Positions 30,173 to 40,062 of a stretch of DNA of 64,000 nucleotides are shown piece by piece. A program made the translations under genes and the position numbers. The stretch's first letter is position 1; every line of letters begins with the position of its first letter. The DNA is taken from positions 10,144-74,143 of the forward strand of contig JAAXXY010000006.1 in NCBI GenBank assembly GCA_013334225.1. Reading direction: 5' to 3'. Source of the stretch: Chlorobiaceae bacterium (GTDB taxonomy: Bacteria; Bacteroidota; Chlorobiia; Chlorobiales; Chlorobiaceae). The notes beneath the pieces were generated by a model that had not been told where the DNA came from, made no database searches, and saw nothing but the letters and a program-made list of their open reading frames with translations.

Positions 30173-31444
30173 TTATCCCTTCATACGCCTGAACACTCGG
30201 TACTGCAGTACGAAAAGCCCTGCAACAGCAAGCAAAACAACAAAATAGAGCAGGAATTTGTACCTCTCGGTAAAAGGCATGCGCGCATCTGAGCCGGCGA
30301 ATTTTGTGTTCTTGCGAACATTTCCGAACTGTGCCTCCGGCAGTTGATCAACGTTCTGTTGTTCTATGACACCGGCAAGATCATAAACCGGCATATCAGC
30401 ACCGGGATTGCCCCAGAAAAGGTGGAAGCGCCTACCTGGATAAATCTTGAATACCAGTACTCTCCGGAATCCTTCACCGTTCACCCGGTTCACGGTAAGC
30501 GGAGGGCTGTCGTGATTCATGAAAACCAGCCGGAACTCCCGGGCAGCTGCTTCAGGTATCTCGACTGCCGTCTGCCTGAGATGCATTGCCGGAGTGTCAA
30601 AGCTGTAAATTGTCCCGGCGGCAACATCCTGCCAGTTTCCGCTTTCGTTTTTCTTCTGGACAGTGACGACTCGCTGGAAATTGGTCTCGGTGGTTTCAAC
30701 AATCAGCCGGTTAATGGGAAAGACTGTCTGCATCCGGACAATAACGCTGTTTTCCTTGCGGTTTGCATCGTTCTCCTGTTTGCCGACAATGGCGTTGATC
30801 ATGTAGCTTTCTCCAGGAGATTCGTTCTCCTGCAGAGCCCTGACATCGGTTATTGAGAGTGGTTTTTCCCCGCCATTGATGATTTTGAGAGCAAGACGGG
30901 GAAAGTTGCTTTGAACAAATGACATACGGGTATTCTGCATTTTTTCTCCGCGGTTTATATCGAAAAGAACTCCTGCCGTGCGAATAACGCTCCACGTTTT
31001 GCCATCCGTACTGCCAAGTACTTCAGCCTGCCGGATGTAATCCGTGTCCGGTGTCACGAGCTGAAGAGCATTGACCATTGCGCCTTTTTCCTTGAGCTGG
31101 ATTTCTGCCCAGGTTTCGCCTTTGGCGGTAGTCGAAAGGTTCAGCATCTCGTGAGGGATTTCCGTTATCCGCTTCACAGGTCTTTTCGACACGACCCGGC
31201 ACGGAATTTCCTCTCTCCGGTCCGAGACGACACGAAAGTCCGCGAAAGGAACCTTTGCGTCAAGATCACCAAACCGGTAAGGATCGAGATTGATCACAGC
31301 AAGGGATGATTTGTTGAAACCCTGTGGCAATTCAATATCGGTGTATTTTTCCCAGAACCTTTCATCGAAAGTGGCACCGATGCCGGTTGAGCCGTGAAAC
31401 ACCATAATCATCCAGATCAATAAGCTGACAATATTTTTCTTCAT
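30173..31444 (-). CDS. DUF3999-like exported protein with C-terminal membrane anchor
   Basis: Signal peptide; two repeated beta modules (N.DSPPL), WGN..A..P.YDL, C-terminal TM; start overlaps the stop of the upstream gene. Confidence 0.7.
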   Translation of the reverse strand: MKKNIVSLLIWMIMVFHGSTGIGATFDERFWEKYTDIELPQGFNKSSLAVINLDPYRFGDLDAKVPFADFRVVSDRREEIPCRVVSKRPVKRITEIPHEMLNLSTTAKGETWAEIQLKEKGAMVNALQLVTPDTDYIRQAEVLGSTDGKTWSVIRTAGVLFDINRGEKMQNTRMSFVQSNFPRLALKIINGGEKPLSITDVRALQENESPGESYMINAIVGKQENDANRKENSVIVRMQTVFPINRLIVETTETNFQRVVTVQKKNESGNWQDVAAGTIYSFDTPAMHLRQTAVEIPEAAAREFRLVFMNHDSPPLTVNRVNGEGFRRVLVFKIYPGRRFHLFWGNPGADMPVYDLAGVIEQQNVDQLPEAQFGNVRKNTKFAGSDARMPFTERYKFLLYFVVLLAVAGLFVLQYRVFRRMKG

Positions 31445-33222
31445 GACTGATCTTCTCCGAATATGATGTGTTTGAAACGGTTGTAGCCATAGGAAACTGC
31501 GAGAAGCAGCAGTCCGAGGACAATAAAGGATATAATGCGATAGAAGGTTTCAAGCGATGAGAGATCGACAAAAAACACTTTAAGTACAGTCATGCCAAGC
31601 AGCAGAATACCAAGTATGCGTGCCCTGCGTATCCGCTTCAGGATACCGGCTCCGGTTAAAATCGAAGCATACAACGCCCAGAGCACGGAAAGAGAGAGTT
31701 CGAAAGCATAAGTCGAATAACCCGTGTCCGTAGATGCGAGCAGGAAGAAATCACGCACCTCCATAGATAAAAGGATCAGGGACAAAGCCTGCGTGATGAA
31801 AAAAATGATCATGTAAACGGCACGCTCATTGGCATCGAGTTTATCCTTGTACCGAGACATGGTATACAGCAAGGCATAAAAAGCTGCTATGGCAACCGAA
31901 CAAACGAGAAAACGGCTGTTGAACAGCGGCAGGAAACGCTCGAATGGCTCAGGGTGATAAACTGAGTTGGCTGCAAATCCCTGGAGCACAACAAGCGCGA
32001 GCAGATAGACCCCCCACCGGAATTCCGGGAAATCAAGCCTGAACCAGCACCAGCCGAGAACGGCCATCTCTATTGCCAATGCCGGCAGGACCCAGTATTG
32101 ATCGAAAATAATAAAAGTCGCTATGACAGTCATGATAACGGACACTGCCGTATATGCAACAGTTGTCTTCCTTGAAGCTTTTGAGCGGCTTCCCAGAAGC
32201 TCTGCAAAACCGGTCTCCGCACCCGAAAGAAAGACTGCGAAAAACTTGACCGTCCAGGTATATGCCCAAAAGTGTTGCGCAAGGAAAGCGAGCAGAAAAA
32301 AAGCCGCGGCAACGAAAATGACAAACAGGTCGGCTTTCGATTCATCGTTTTTCGATTGCAGTCGTGAAAGCAGGACGTAGAAGTTGTAGCAGAGGAAAAA
32401 TACCGCGGCAACACCGAAAGCGAGCCACTTCTGCTCATCGTTGTAATAAGCCCCATGCCAGGTAAAATAGAGCAGTGATGTGCCGATGAGGGATGAAAGC
32501 ACAAGTGAAGGCCAGCGGCGAAACCTCTGAAGGAGCAGGGTTCCGGCATCTAGCAGCAGAACATAACCGAAAAGGACCAGCGGCTGGTTCTCGCCGCTCG
32601 ACAGCAGAAGCGGAGTCAGGAAACCGCCGAGAAGGGCTATGCCGGACAAGGACAACGCTGAATACCGGAGAGAAAGGGTCATACCGGTGGTCGTGACCGC
32701 TATCATGCCGACTGCGGCAAGCGGCATGGGAATCAGGTGATAGAATGCAAAAGCAGCATACAGAGACAGGTAGAATAGAGCAAGCCCTCCTCCGCTGATC
32801 ATCTGTCCGTACAAACCGAGCTCCTTCTTCTTCTGCAGGTATTCCCCGGCTCCTAGGAAAACAGCTCCAAGCAGCAGACCGAGGATAATCCGCCCGGATT
32901 CACCGATCAGGTTGTTGTCAAACGAATATTTAAGGAAAAACCCGACACCGAGAATAACGGCGGCAAGGCCTATCCTGCCGATCCAGCGAGTACCGATAAC
33001 GTTCTCGATCGAGGATTTCGGCGGCTTTCCTGCCGGGGGTTTCTGTTCAGGCACAGCTTTCGCCGGTATCGGAACCGGCACTTCAGCTATATGCTCCCTC
33101 ATCTGAGGTTTTCTGCCGGATAGTTCTCCCTTCAGCGATGCGATTTCCCTTTCAAGTTCCTGCACTTTCGCGAGAAGCAGGTCGATACACTCATCGCGCT
33201 GTTTATCGGATCGAATTTCCAT
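31441..33222 (-). CDS. DUF2339 polytopic membrane protein
   Basis: E..IG.RW..RIG, GGFLTP.LLS, LKVFF.DLS.L...YRIISFI.LG.LLL..S..Y. Confidence 0.85.
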   Translation of the reverse strand: MEIRSDKQRDECIDLLLAKVQELEREIASLKGELSGRKPQMREHIAEVPVPIPAKAVPEQKPPAGKPPKSSIENVIGTRWIGRIGLAAVILGVGFFLKYSFDNNLIGESGRIILGLLLGAVFLGAGEYLQKKKELGLYGQMISGGGLALFYLSLYAAFAFYHLIPMPLAAVGMIAVTTTGMTLSLRYSALSLSGIALLGGFLTPLLLSSGENQPLVLFGYVLLLDAGTLLLQRFRRWPSLVLSSLIGTSLLYFTWHGAYYNDEQKWLAFGVAAVFFLCYNFYVLLSRLQSKNDESKADLFVIFVAAAFFLLAFLAQHFWAYTWTVKFFAVFLSGAETGFAELLGSRSKASRKTTVAYTAVSVIMTVIATFIIFDQYWVLPALAIEMAVLGWCWFRLDFPEFRWGVYLLALVVLQGFAANSVYHPEPFERFLPLFNSRFLVCSVAIAAFYALLYTMSRYKDKLDANERAVYMIIFFITQALSLILLSMEVRDFFLLASTDTGYSTYAFELSLSVLWALYASILTGAGILKRIRRARILGILLLGMTVLKVFFVDLSSLETFYRIISFIVLGLLLLAVSYGYNRFKHIIFGEDQS

Positions 33223-33617
33223 GATATCACCGAAGATCAGTTGCTAAACCTTTTACCGAAAAACAGTTTCCATCTCAATCCAGCAGCACTCATTTTGAGC
33301 TCCGGTCTTTCAATTCACTGTACCATAACTATAGACAAACCGGCATAATAACTGGAACAGCAAATTCAGACATCCGGGCGAAAATCGGCTTTCTCTTTTA
33401 ACAGCTTTATTTTTGAATTTTGGCCCCTCGGACAGATACTCAAAGGGCTTTCCGTCTGAACTAAAAACACAATGGTCCGGGATGATTCTAAAGAAAGATA
33501 CCAGGATTATACAGTGATATCCAATTCTCCTTACCTCGGTCAAATACGTTACCATGCCGAATTCTGCAATATGATCAAAAGAAATTGCCGGGACCGGGAA
33601 AACGAAAACAGGATGAC

Positions 33618-35738
33618 TTATAAAAGCCGCCGCGGAACTTCGATCAGTTTTTCAAGAGCTTCCGGATCGGTTACCGGAGGATGGCAGGCATTGTTTTCGC
33701 AGACAAGCACTGAAACATCGCTGCCCTTTTCCCCAGAAGGCGGGACCTGGATTATCGCTGTATCCGGCAGGTACTTTCCTTCGAGTGTTTTCCGGAAACG
33801 CTCGAAGGAAGCGCTTCCCGGGGTACCGGTGAGCTCGACTCTGCGTATACCGCTGTGATGTATCATGGCTGCTGTCAGCATAGCCGGCAGGTGATATCCG
33901 GAAGTATTGAGAATTTCACTGTAACACTCGATGGTTTTTTCTGCGACCTCTGTAAAATCATCACGTTCACTGATTTCTCCAAGTCTCAACAGGTTCCTGA
34001 GCGTAATTGAATCAGACGACGGTTCCGCTCCATCGTAATCCTCTTTCATGCGCAGAGGAACAGAAGTGTCATCCGACGGTGTGCTGAAAAAGCCACCCGT
34101 TACCTCGTCGTAACAAAGCTCGATCTGTTTTTCCATCAGAGAAATGGCCGTTTTCTGATAGTTTGGATCAAAAGAGGCTTCATAAAGGTCCAGCAGCGCC
34201 TGGATGAAAAATGCATAATCGTCGGCTTTTGCCCGGATACCGGCCACACCGTTCCGGTATCGGCGCAGAAGCCTGCCATTTTCTTTTTCGAGCAGGTTCT
34301 CAAGAATGAAACTCGCTGCCCGTTTCGCCGCATCTAGGTGTTTGCTGTTTCCCAAAGCGTTATATGCCTTGCAGAAAGCGCTGATCATGAGGCCGTTCCA
34401 GGATGTGAGAATCTTGTCGTCCCGGTCAGGTCTCGGCCTTGATTGCCTCGTCTCGAAAAGTTTCCTTTTCGCATTCTCAAGAACCGATTTCACTGTTTCG
34501 TGCGGTATTCCGAATTTTCCTGCTGCATCTTCCTCGACGTGCTCGATCATCAGCACATTCTGCCCGTCAAACTCTTCATGAGGGTCATCCTGCACGTTCC
34601 CCTCGCCTTTCACTCCGTAAACGTAACAGAAAAGCTCGCTCTCCGAACGATCGAGTACAGCTTCAACTTCCTTCCGGCTCCAGAGATAAAAACTGCCCTC
34701 TTTTTTAACCACGCTCTTTCCGGCAGGAATGCTGTCCGCATCTTCAGCGGAATAAAAGCCGCCTTCACTTGCGCTCATATCGCAAAGTACATAGTTCAGA
34801 ATGTCCTCTGCACATGATGCAAATGATCGGTCACCGGAAATCCTGAATGCATCGATAAAGGTCGAGGCAAGCTGTGCGTTGTCGTAAAGCATTTTCTCGA
34901 AATGAGGTACATGCCAGCGGCGATCGGTCGAGTAGCGAGCGAAACCTCCCCCGCCCAATTCTCCGACACCGATATGATCATGAATTCCCCCGGCGTTCAT
35001 TTTCCGCAGGGTGAAAAGGACCATGTCCTGATATTCACGTTTGCCGGTATAAAACGAGTATGCAAGGAGAAAATCGAGAATGGAGGGCTGGGGAAACTTC
35101 GGCGCTTCACCAAAACCCCCGTATGCCGGATCATATTGACGTTTGAATACATCGGCAGCATCATGATACGTCTTGCCGGAAAGCAACGATGGGTCACCGG
35201 AGTGCATGGAGAGTGCCGTCAGTTCAGCGAACATGCGGTCTGCGGAAAGTACAAGCCTTGCCTTGTCCTGTTTCCATGTACGTTCGATTGAAAGCAGAAG
35301 ATTATAAAAACCTGGTTGGCCATACCGGTCGGCCGGAGGAAAATAGCTGCCCCCGAAAAATGGCCTTCTGTCCGGCGTGAGCCAAACCGACATCGGCCAT
35401 CCTCCCCGCCCGGTAGTGGCCTGAACGTATGTCATATAGAGCCTGTCGATATCGGGATGTTCCTCCCGGTCGACTTTCACGGAAACAAACGACCGGTTCA
35501 GGAGTGCGGCTATGGTCTCGTTCTCGAACGATTCCCGTTCCATAACATGACACCAGTGACAGGTGGAGTAGCCCGTTGAAAGAAATACCGGCTTGTCTTC
35601 CTTGCGTGCCTTTTCAAAAGCCTCATCACCCCAGGGAAACCACTTGACAGGGTTGTATGCATGCTGGAGAAGATAGGGGCTTGTTTCTCCGATAAGGAGG
35701 TTCGGATTCCGATCCTGTTGTGTCATGTGCTGCTTCAT
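33618..35738 (-). CDS. YyaL/SSP411 thioredoxin-domain protein (DUF255 plus six-hairpin glycosidase-like domain)
   Basis: [51 protein letters not shown]. Confidence 0.93.
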   Translation of the reverse strand: MKQHMTQQDRNPNLLIGETSPYLLQHAYNPVKWFPWGDEAFEKARKEDKPVFLSTGYSTCHWCHVMERESFENETIAALLNRSFVSVKVDREEHPDIDRLYMTYVQATTGRGGWPMSVWLTPDRRPFFGGSYFPPADRYGQPGFYNLLLSIERTWKQDKARLVLSADRMFAELTALSMHSGDPSLLSGKTYHDAADVFKRQYDPAYGGFGEAPKFPQPSILDFLLAYSFYTGKREYQDMVLFTLRKMNAGGIHDHIGVGELGGGGFARYSTDRRWHVPHFEKMLYDNAQLASTFIDAFRISGDRSFASCAEDILNYVLCDMSASEGGFYSAEDADSIPAGKSVVKKEGSFYLWSRKEVEAVLDRSESELFCYVYGVKGEGNVQDDPHEEFDGQNVLMIEHVEEDAAGKFGIPHETVKSVLENAKRKLFETRQSRPRPDRDDKILTSWNGLMISAFCKAYNALGNSKHLDAAKRAASFILENLLEKENGRLLRRYRNGVAGIRAKADDYAFFIQALLDLYEASFDPNYQKTAISLMEKQIELCYDEVTGGFFSTPSDDTSVPLRMKEDYDGAEPSSDSITLRNLLRLGEISERDDFTEVAEKTIECYSEILNTSGYHLPAMLTAAMIHHSGIRRVELTGTPGSASFERFRKTLEGKYLPDTAIIQVPPSGEKGSDVSVLVCENNACHPPVTDPEALEKLIEVPRRLL

Positions 35739-35872
35739 TTAGTTTTGTTCCTATTCAACAATCCTGCCCGAAGAGAAGTTCACCTGTAAGGCACAGTATT
35801 GCCGGATGAAACGGAGAACCGATAACAATTGTTATTTATCATGAAAGTGTTAATGAAAAAAGTTGATGAGAT

Positions 35873-36460
35873 ATGAGAAAGTTACGGGTCTTGATTTTGC
35901 TTCTGCTGTTTGCAGCAATAACATCTGTATCGGCATATGCTGCCGGTATCCCTTCGAAAAAGGAACCGCATTACATTGCAACGGCACTTTTCTCCGGGGG
36001 CTGTTTCTGGGGTATGGAACACGGTTTTGAAAACAGACCGGGAGTAATCAGGGTGACATCGGGGTATACCGGCGGAAAAACGGATCATCCATCCTACCCG
36101 GAAGTCTCGGCAGGAAATACCGGTCATGCGGAAGCAATCAAGGTCGAGTATGATCCTTCAAAAATCACGTACGAAAAGCTCGCGAAACTGTTCTTTGAAA
36201 TCCACGACCCGACACAGTTGAACCGGCAGGGGCCGGACATCGGTTCACAGTATCGTTCAGCAATTTTCTATGGAAACAATGAGGAGAAGAATACAGCCAT
36301 AAAACTCATTGCCAAACTGAAGTCATTCGGATATAAAGTCATAACGCAGGTTGAACCCGCCGGGAAGTTCTACCCCGCCGAAGAATACCACCAGAATTAC
36401 TACGAAAGAACCGGCGGGCAACCATACTGCCACATCTACCGGAAGAGATTCAAGGATTGA
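35873..36460 (+). CDS. msrA: Exported peptide-methionine (S)-S-oxide reductase
   Basis: Signal peptide; GGCFWG, GYTGG, TGHAE, QYRSAIF, AEEYHQNY. Confidence 0.95.
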   Translation: MRKLRVLILLLLFAAITSVSAYAAGIPSKKEPHYIATALFSGGCFWGMEHGFENRPGVIRVTSGYTGGKTDHPSYPEVSAGNTGHAEAIKVEYDPSKITYEKLAKLFFEIHDPTQLNRQGPDIGSQYRSAIFYGNNEEKNTAIKLIAKLKSFGYKVITQVEPAGKFYPAEEYHQNYYERTGGQPYCHIYRKRFKD

Positions 36461-36528
36461 GCATCCAGTGATTTGAAAGGCAGGAGACAGCAAAACAATT
36501 TGGCAGATATTATAACCGTGTAATACAC

Positions 36529-36721
36529 TGCCATTCCGATTCGTTCAAGTGACCACCGGTTTTTCCCTCACTCGCACATGCTGCATGGGAAGAGTCGCTG
36601 GTGGTGAGTCGATTGAATTGCTCAAGTCGCAGGAGTTGACACTCTCATGGAAATGGGCGGTATCGACTTAAGAATCGCTATGAACTGAAGGATTATCTGA
36701 GGTATGGAAAGCGGAATGGTA
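36529..36721 (+). ncRNA. Putative structured non-coding RNA of unknown family
   Basis: Nested helices found by eye (see findings); G-U pairs work only on the + strand; no ORF of 60 aa or more. Confidence 0.5.
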
Positions 36722-37176
36722 TGAATCAGGTTTTGCCTGAACGGCTGATTTGCCTTGTACCCGGAAAATCAAGATCATGGCCGCCTGCCTGATGCATTCT
36801 GAAAAAATCGTCACCTCCGCCCTTTCCAGCCTTCCCCGTGTTCGGCTCCCTCATTGAAGCCATGAACGTTGACCGGAAGTCTTTCAAGCAAAAGAATAAA
36901 AAACTGCAGTTTCGTAATATATCGAAAGTTATAATGCTTGTTCGTAACATCTGTTTTCGGAAATTACGGATTATGCCCCCGTAATCGCGTCAGTCATGGC
37001 TTCTGCGTAAATTTTCTGAAAAAATATCTACTCAAACGCAGCTTTTGTTTTGTTTTTTTAAAAGTATTGATTACTTATTTGCCTGTGAATACTTACGGAG
37101 GCCTCAAGGTTCTTTGCAAGGACTGATTCTCCGATACTTATGATACCTGTAACTATGATTATCCGGATCGTTGAAC

Positions 37177-37488
37177 ATGAACAGCAACAAACTCATCGAA
37201 CGGCTCGAACACGCACTCGAAGCCACTGAAAGCAGGGCCCCTGCCCGTGCTCTCGATGTCGGCAGCACATATCCCGCTGACACAAGAAAGAAAAAAAGAA
37301 ACCTTAAGCTCGATCTCCTGATCAGGAAAGTACTGTCCAGGGGCATCGACCCGCACTGGCTCCTCACAGGCGAAGGGTGCATGTACCGCAAGGAATGCAA
37401 TGCAGACGCCCTGAAGGAAGCCCGGGAACTCCAGAAAATGGAGCACGTACTGAAGAGAGTCTACCACAAGCTCAGGACAGTTGGATAA
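37177..37488 (+). CDS. Small phage CI-repressor-like HTH protein without a peptidase domain
   Basis: 'GIDPHWLLTGEG.M' motif typical of the end of CI/Cro-type HTH domains; followed by a terminator. Confidence 0.6.
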   Translation: MNSNKLIERLEHALEATESRAPARALDVGSTYPADTRKKKRNLKLDLLIRKVLSRGIDPHWLLTGEGCMYRKECNADALKEARELQKMEHVLKRVYHKLRTVG

Positions 37489-37495
37489 AGCAGTG

Positions 37496-37523
37496 AAAGT
37501 CCGGTCATCGCCGGACTTTTTTT
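37496..37523 (+). terminator. Rho-independent terminator
   Basis: AAAGTCCGG-TCATCG-CCGGACTTT followed by a T tract. Confidence 0.8.
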
Positions 37524-37681
37524 ATTATCCCACCCTCCTCTGTACCAGTCCGCTTTGGCGGTTTCAGTTCCTCATTCGCCTGAAGTTGCTTATTTTAAGG
37601 GATATGCACGTGCATGCACCGGTGAAAGCATGCTGCTGCTTGAAACGTTATGGATTTTCGTTACGCTGAAAAAAACATTCG

Positions 37682-38278
37682 ATGGCTGAACATAAAACCA
37701 GGCTTGCTGTTTTCTGCTCGGGAACCGGCAGCAATTTCAGGGCCCTTCATCGTGCCATTACAGAAAAACATATCGATGCCGAATTCGTGCTCTGTCTCTC
37801 CAATCGTTCCGAGTGCGGAGCGATGGAGTACGCAAGGGAAAACGGCATTCCGGCGCTGCAAGTCTCCGAAAACCAGTATCCCGATTATAAGGACTTCGTC
37901 GCAGCCATGCTTTACGCTCTGAATGAGCACCGGATTGAATACATCATCCTTGCCGGTTACATGCGCAAGATACCCGATGCGATCGTCAAGACATACCACG
38001 AAAGAATCGTCAACATCCATCCCGCCCTGCTCCCCAAATTCGGCGGTGAAGGAATGTACGGTAGTCGTGTTCATACCGCTGTGCTTTCAGCCGGAGAAAC
38101 AGAAAGCGGTGCAACCGTGCATATGGTCGATGAAGAGTACGATCGGGGCAGGATCCTGATGCAGGAGACTGTGCCGGTGCTTCCCGGAGACACGCCCGAA
38201 ACCCTTGCACGGCGGGTACTCACCTGCGAGCACGAGCTCTACCCGCGTGCGCTAAGGAAACTGCTCAACGCACAGTAA
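37682..38278 (+). CDS. purN: Phosphoribosylglycinamide formyltransferase
   Basis: SGTGSNF, LAGYM, NIHPALLP, GATVH.V...YD.G. Confidence 0.97.
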   Translation: MAEHKTRLAVFCSGTGSNFRALHRAITEKHIDAEFVLCLSNRSECGAMEYARENGIPALQVSENQYPDYKDFVAAMLYALNEHRIEYIILAGYMRKIPDAIVKTYHERIVNIHPALLPKFGGEGMYGSRVHTAVLSAGETESGATVHMVDEEYDRGRILMQETVPVLPGDTPETLARRVLTCEHELYPRALRKLLNAQ

Positions 38279-38293
38279 ACCAAAGAACCCCTT

Positions 38294-38956
38294 ATGAGCC
38301 TCCATATCAGCGAAATCTTCCATTCCATCCAGGGGGAATCCTCGTTCGCCGGATGGCCCTGCACCTTCCTGCGGCTTGCCGGTTGCGGCCACTGTTGCAG
38401 GTACTGCGATACTGCTTATGCCGAAGAAGAAGGAATTTCAATGGAGCTTGACGAAGTCCTGCAAAAAGTTTCTGAAATTGCCTCACCAGTTGTGGAGATC
38501 ACTGGAGGCGAACCGCTTCTGCAGAAAGAGGTCTATCCGCTGATGAAGAAGCTCTGCGACCGGGGAGAAACGGTGCTGCTCGAAACCGGAGGCTTCATTT
38601 CTGTTGCCGATGTCGATCCGAGGGTGCATTGTATCATCGACCTCAAAGCGCCATCGTCCGGAGTTTCGGATGGAAATCATCCTGAGAATATTTCTCTTGC
38701 GCTCTCAAGCGATCCTGGAACTAAAAAACATATCGAGTTCAAGATCGTCGTTGCAGACAGGAACGATTACCTGTGGGCGAAGAAACTGCTTGACGAAACC
38801 GGTCTTCATGAAACATCCACCATAATGATGGGTGTGGTATTCGGCAAACTGGAACCGGCAGATCTTGCCGGATGGGTCCTTGGCGACAGCCTCAGGGTAA
38901 GGATGCAGCTGCAGCTTCACAAATATATATGGGATCCGGGAACGAGAGGCGTATAG
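38294..38956 (+). CDS. queE: 7-carboxy-7-deazaguanine synthase (radical SAM)
   Basis: EIFHSIQGE, FLRLAGC...C..CDT, TGGEP, QLHK. Confidence 0.92.
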   Translation: MSLHISEIFHSIQGESSFAGWPCTFLRLAGCGHCCRYCDTAYAEEEGISMELDEVLQKVSEIASPVVEITGGEPLLQKEVYPLMKKLCDRGETVLLETGGFISVADVDPRVHCIIDLKAPSSGVSDGNHPENISLALSSDPGTKKHIEFKIVVADRNDYLWAKKLLDETGLHETSTIMMGVVFGKLEPADLAGWVLGDSLRVRMQLQLHKYIWDPGTRGV

Positions 38957-39029
38957 ACCACTTTTTTGATTATTGCCTGTTTACTCGTTACTTTCATTCT
39001 GAACATTCAACTCTTTATCGTAAGAGATC

Positions 39030-40019
39030 TTGCCGTCACTTTCCGTCATCGTCCCGCTGTTCAATGAACTGGAGTCGCTTCCCGAGCTGCTCGACCGGCT
39101 CTATGCCGCCATGCGCGAAAAGGAGCTGCACGATCTGTTTGAAAAACCGTTCAGCTTCGAGGTCATCATGGTAGATGACGGCTCGACCGACGGCTCCCCG
39201 GAAATGATAGGCAATCTTATCCAGGAAAAACCCGAGCTGCGCCTGATCTCTTTCCAGAGGAACTTCGGAAAAACCGCTGCGCTTTCGGCAGGATTCATGG
39301 CTGCTTCCGGCGAATATGTCTGCACGATCGACGCCGATCTGCAGGACGACCCCTTTGCCATCAGAACCATGCTGAAAAAGCTGCAGGAGGGGTATGATCT
39401 CGTGAGCGGATGGAAGCAGGAGCGCAGGGATCCCTTTTCAAAAATCTTCCCGTCAAAGATTTTCAACCTGGTCACCCGTCTCTTTACCGGTATCACGATA
39501 CATGATTTCAACTGCGGCCTGAAGGTATACCGCAGGAATGTGTCCAGCCGTCTCGAACTGCACGGTGAGATGCACCGCTATATCCCGGTACTTGCCGACT
39601 GGATGGGGTTCAGGATCGCCGAGGTTCCCGTCCCGCACAGCGCCCGCAAATTCGGCAATTCGAAATTCGGCTCGTCGCGCTTTTTTGCAGGGCTATTCGA
39701 TTTTCTTTCGGTGCTCTTCATTACCCGTTACCTGCGCCGTCCCATGCATTTCTTCGGCATGGCAGGGCTGGTCAGCTTTGTATCGGGATTCCTGATCAGC
39801 CTCTACGTCACGTTCGACAAGGTCCTGCTGCACAAGCCGATCGGCAACCGTCCGATCCTTTTCCTCGGCATCCTGCTGCTTATCCTCGGCGTACAGCTCT
39901 TTTCCACAGGCCTGCTGGGTGAGCTGTTCATCACCTCGATGGCCAAAGGTACTCCTTTCGCGATCCGAGAAACAAGGAACCTCGGGGAAACGCAAAAGAA
40001 GCTGCTGGAAAATCGGTAA
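39030..40019 (+). CDS. GT2 polyprenol-phosphate glycosyltransferase (ArnC/GtrB-like)
   Basis: VDDGSTD, RNFGK, DADLQDDP, DFNCGLK, two C-terminal TM helices. Confidence 0.9.
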   Translation: MPSLSVIVPLFNELESLPELLDRLYAAMREKELHDLFEKPFSFEVIMVDDGSTDGSPEMIGNLIQEKPELRLISFQRNFGKTAALSAGFMAASGEYVCTIDADLQDDPFAIRTMLKKLQEGYDLVSGWKQERRDPFSKIFPSKIFNLVTRLFTGITIHDFNCGLKVYRRNVSSRLELHGEMHRYIPVLADWMGFRIAEVPVPHSARKFGNSKFGSSRFFAGLFDFLSVLFITRYLRRPMHFFGMAGLVSFVSGFLISLYVTFDKVLLHKPIGNRPILFLGILLLILGVQLFSTGLLGELFITSMAKGTPFAIRETRNLGETQKKLLENR

Positions 40020-40031
40020 CGGAATCGGACC

Positions 40032-40062
40032 GATTGTACTGATCGGTCGGATCGGTACAATC
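40032..40062. repeat. 13-bp-stem inverted repeat between convergent genes (terminator or REP-like)
   Basis: GATTGTACTGATC-GGTCG-GATCGGTACAATC. Confidence 0.65.

Noticed and set aside
25903-33617. Integron cassette array, suggested by co-oriented accessory genes
   Set aside because: No repeated RYYYAAC...GTTRRRY attC sites in the spacers and no intI gene.
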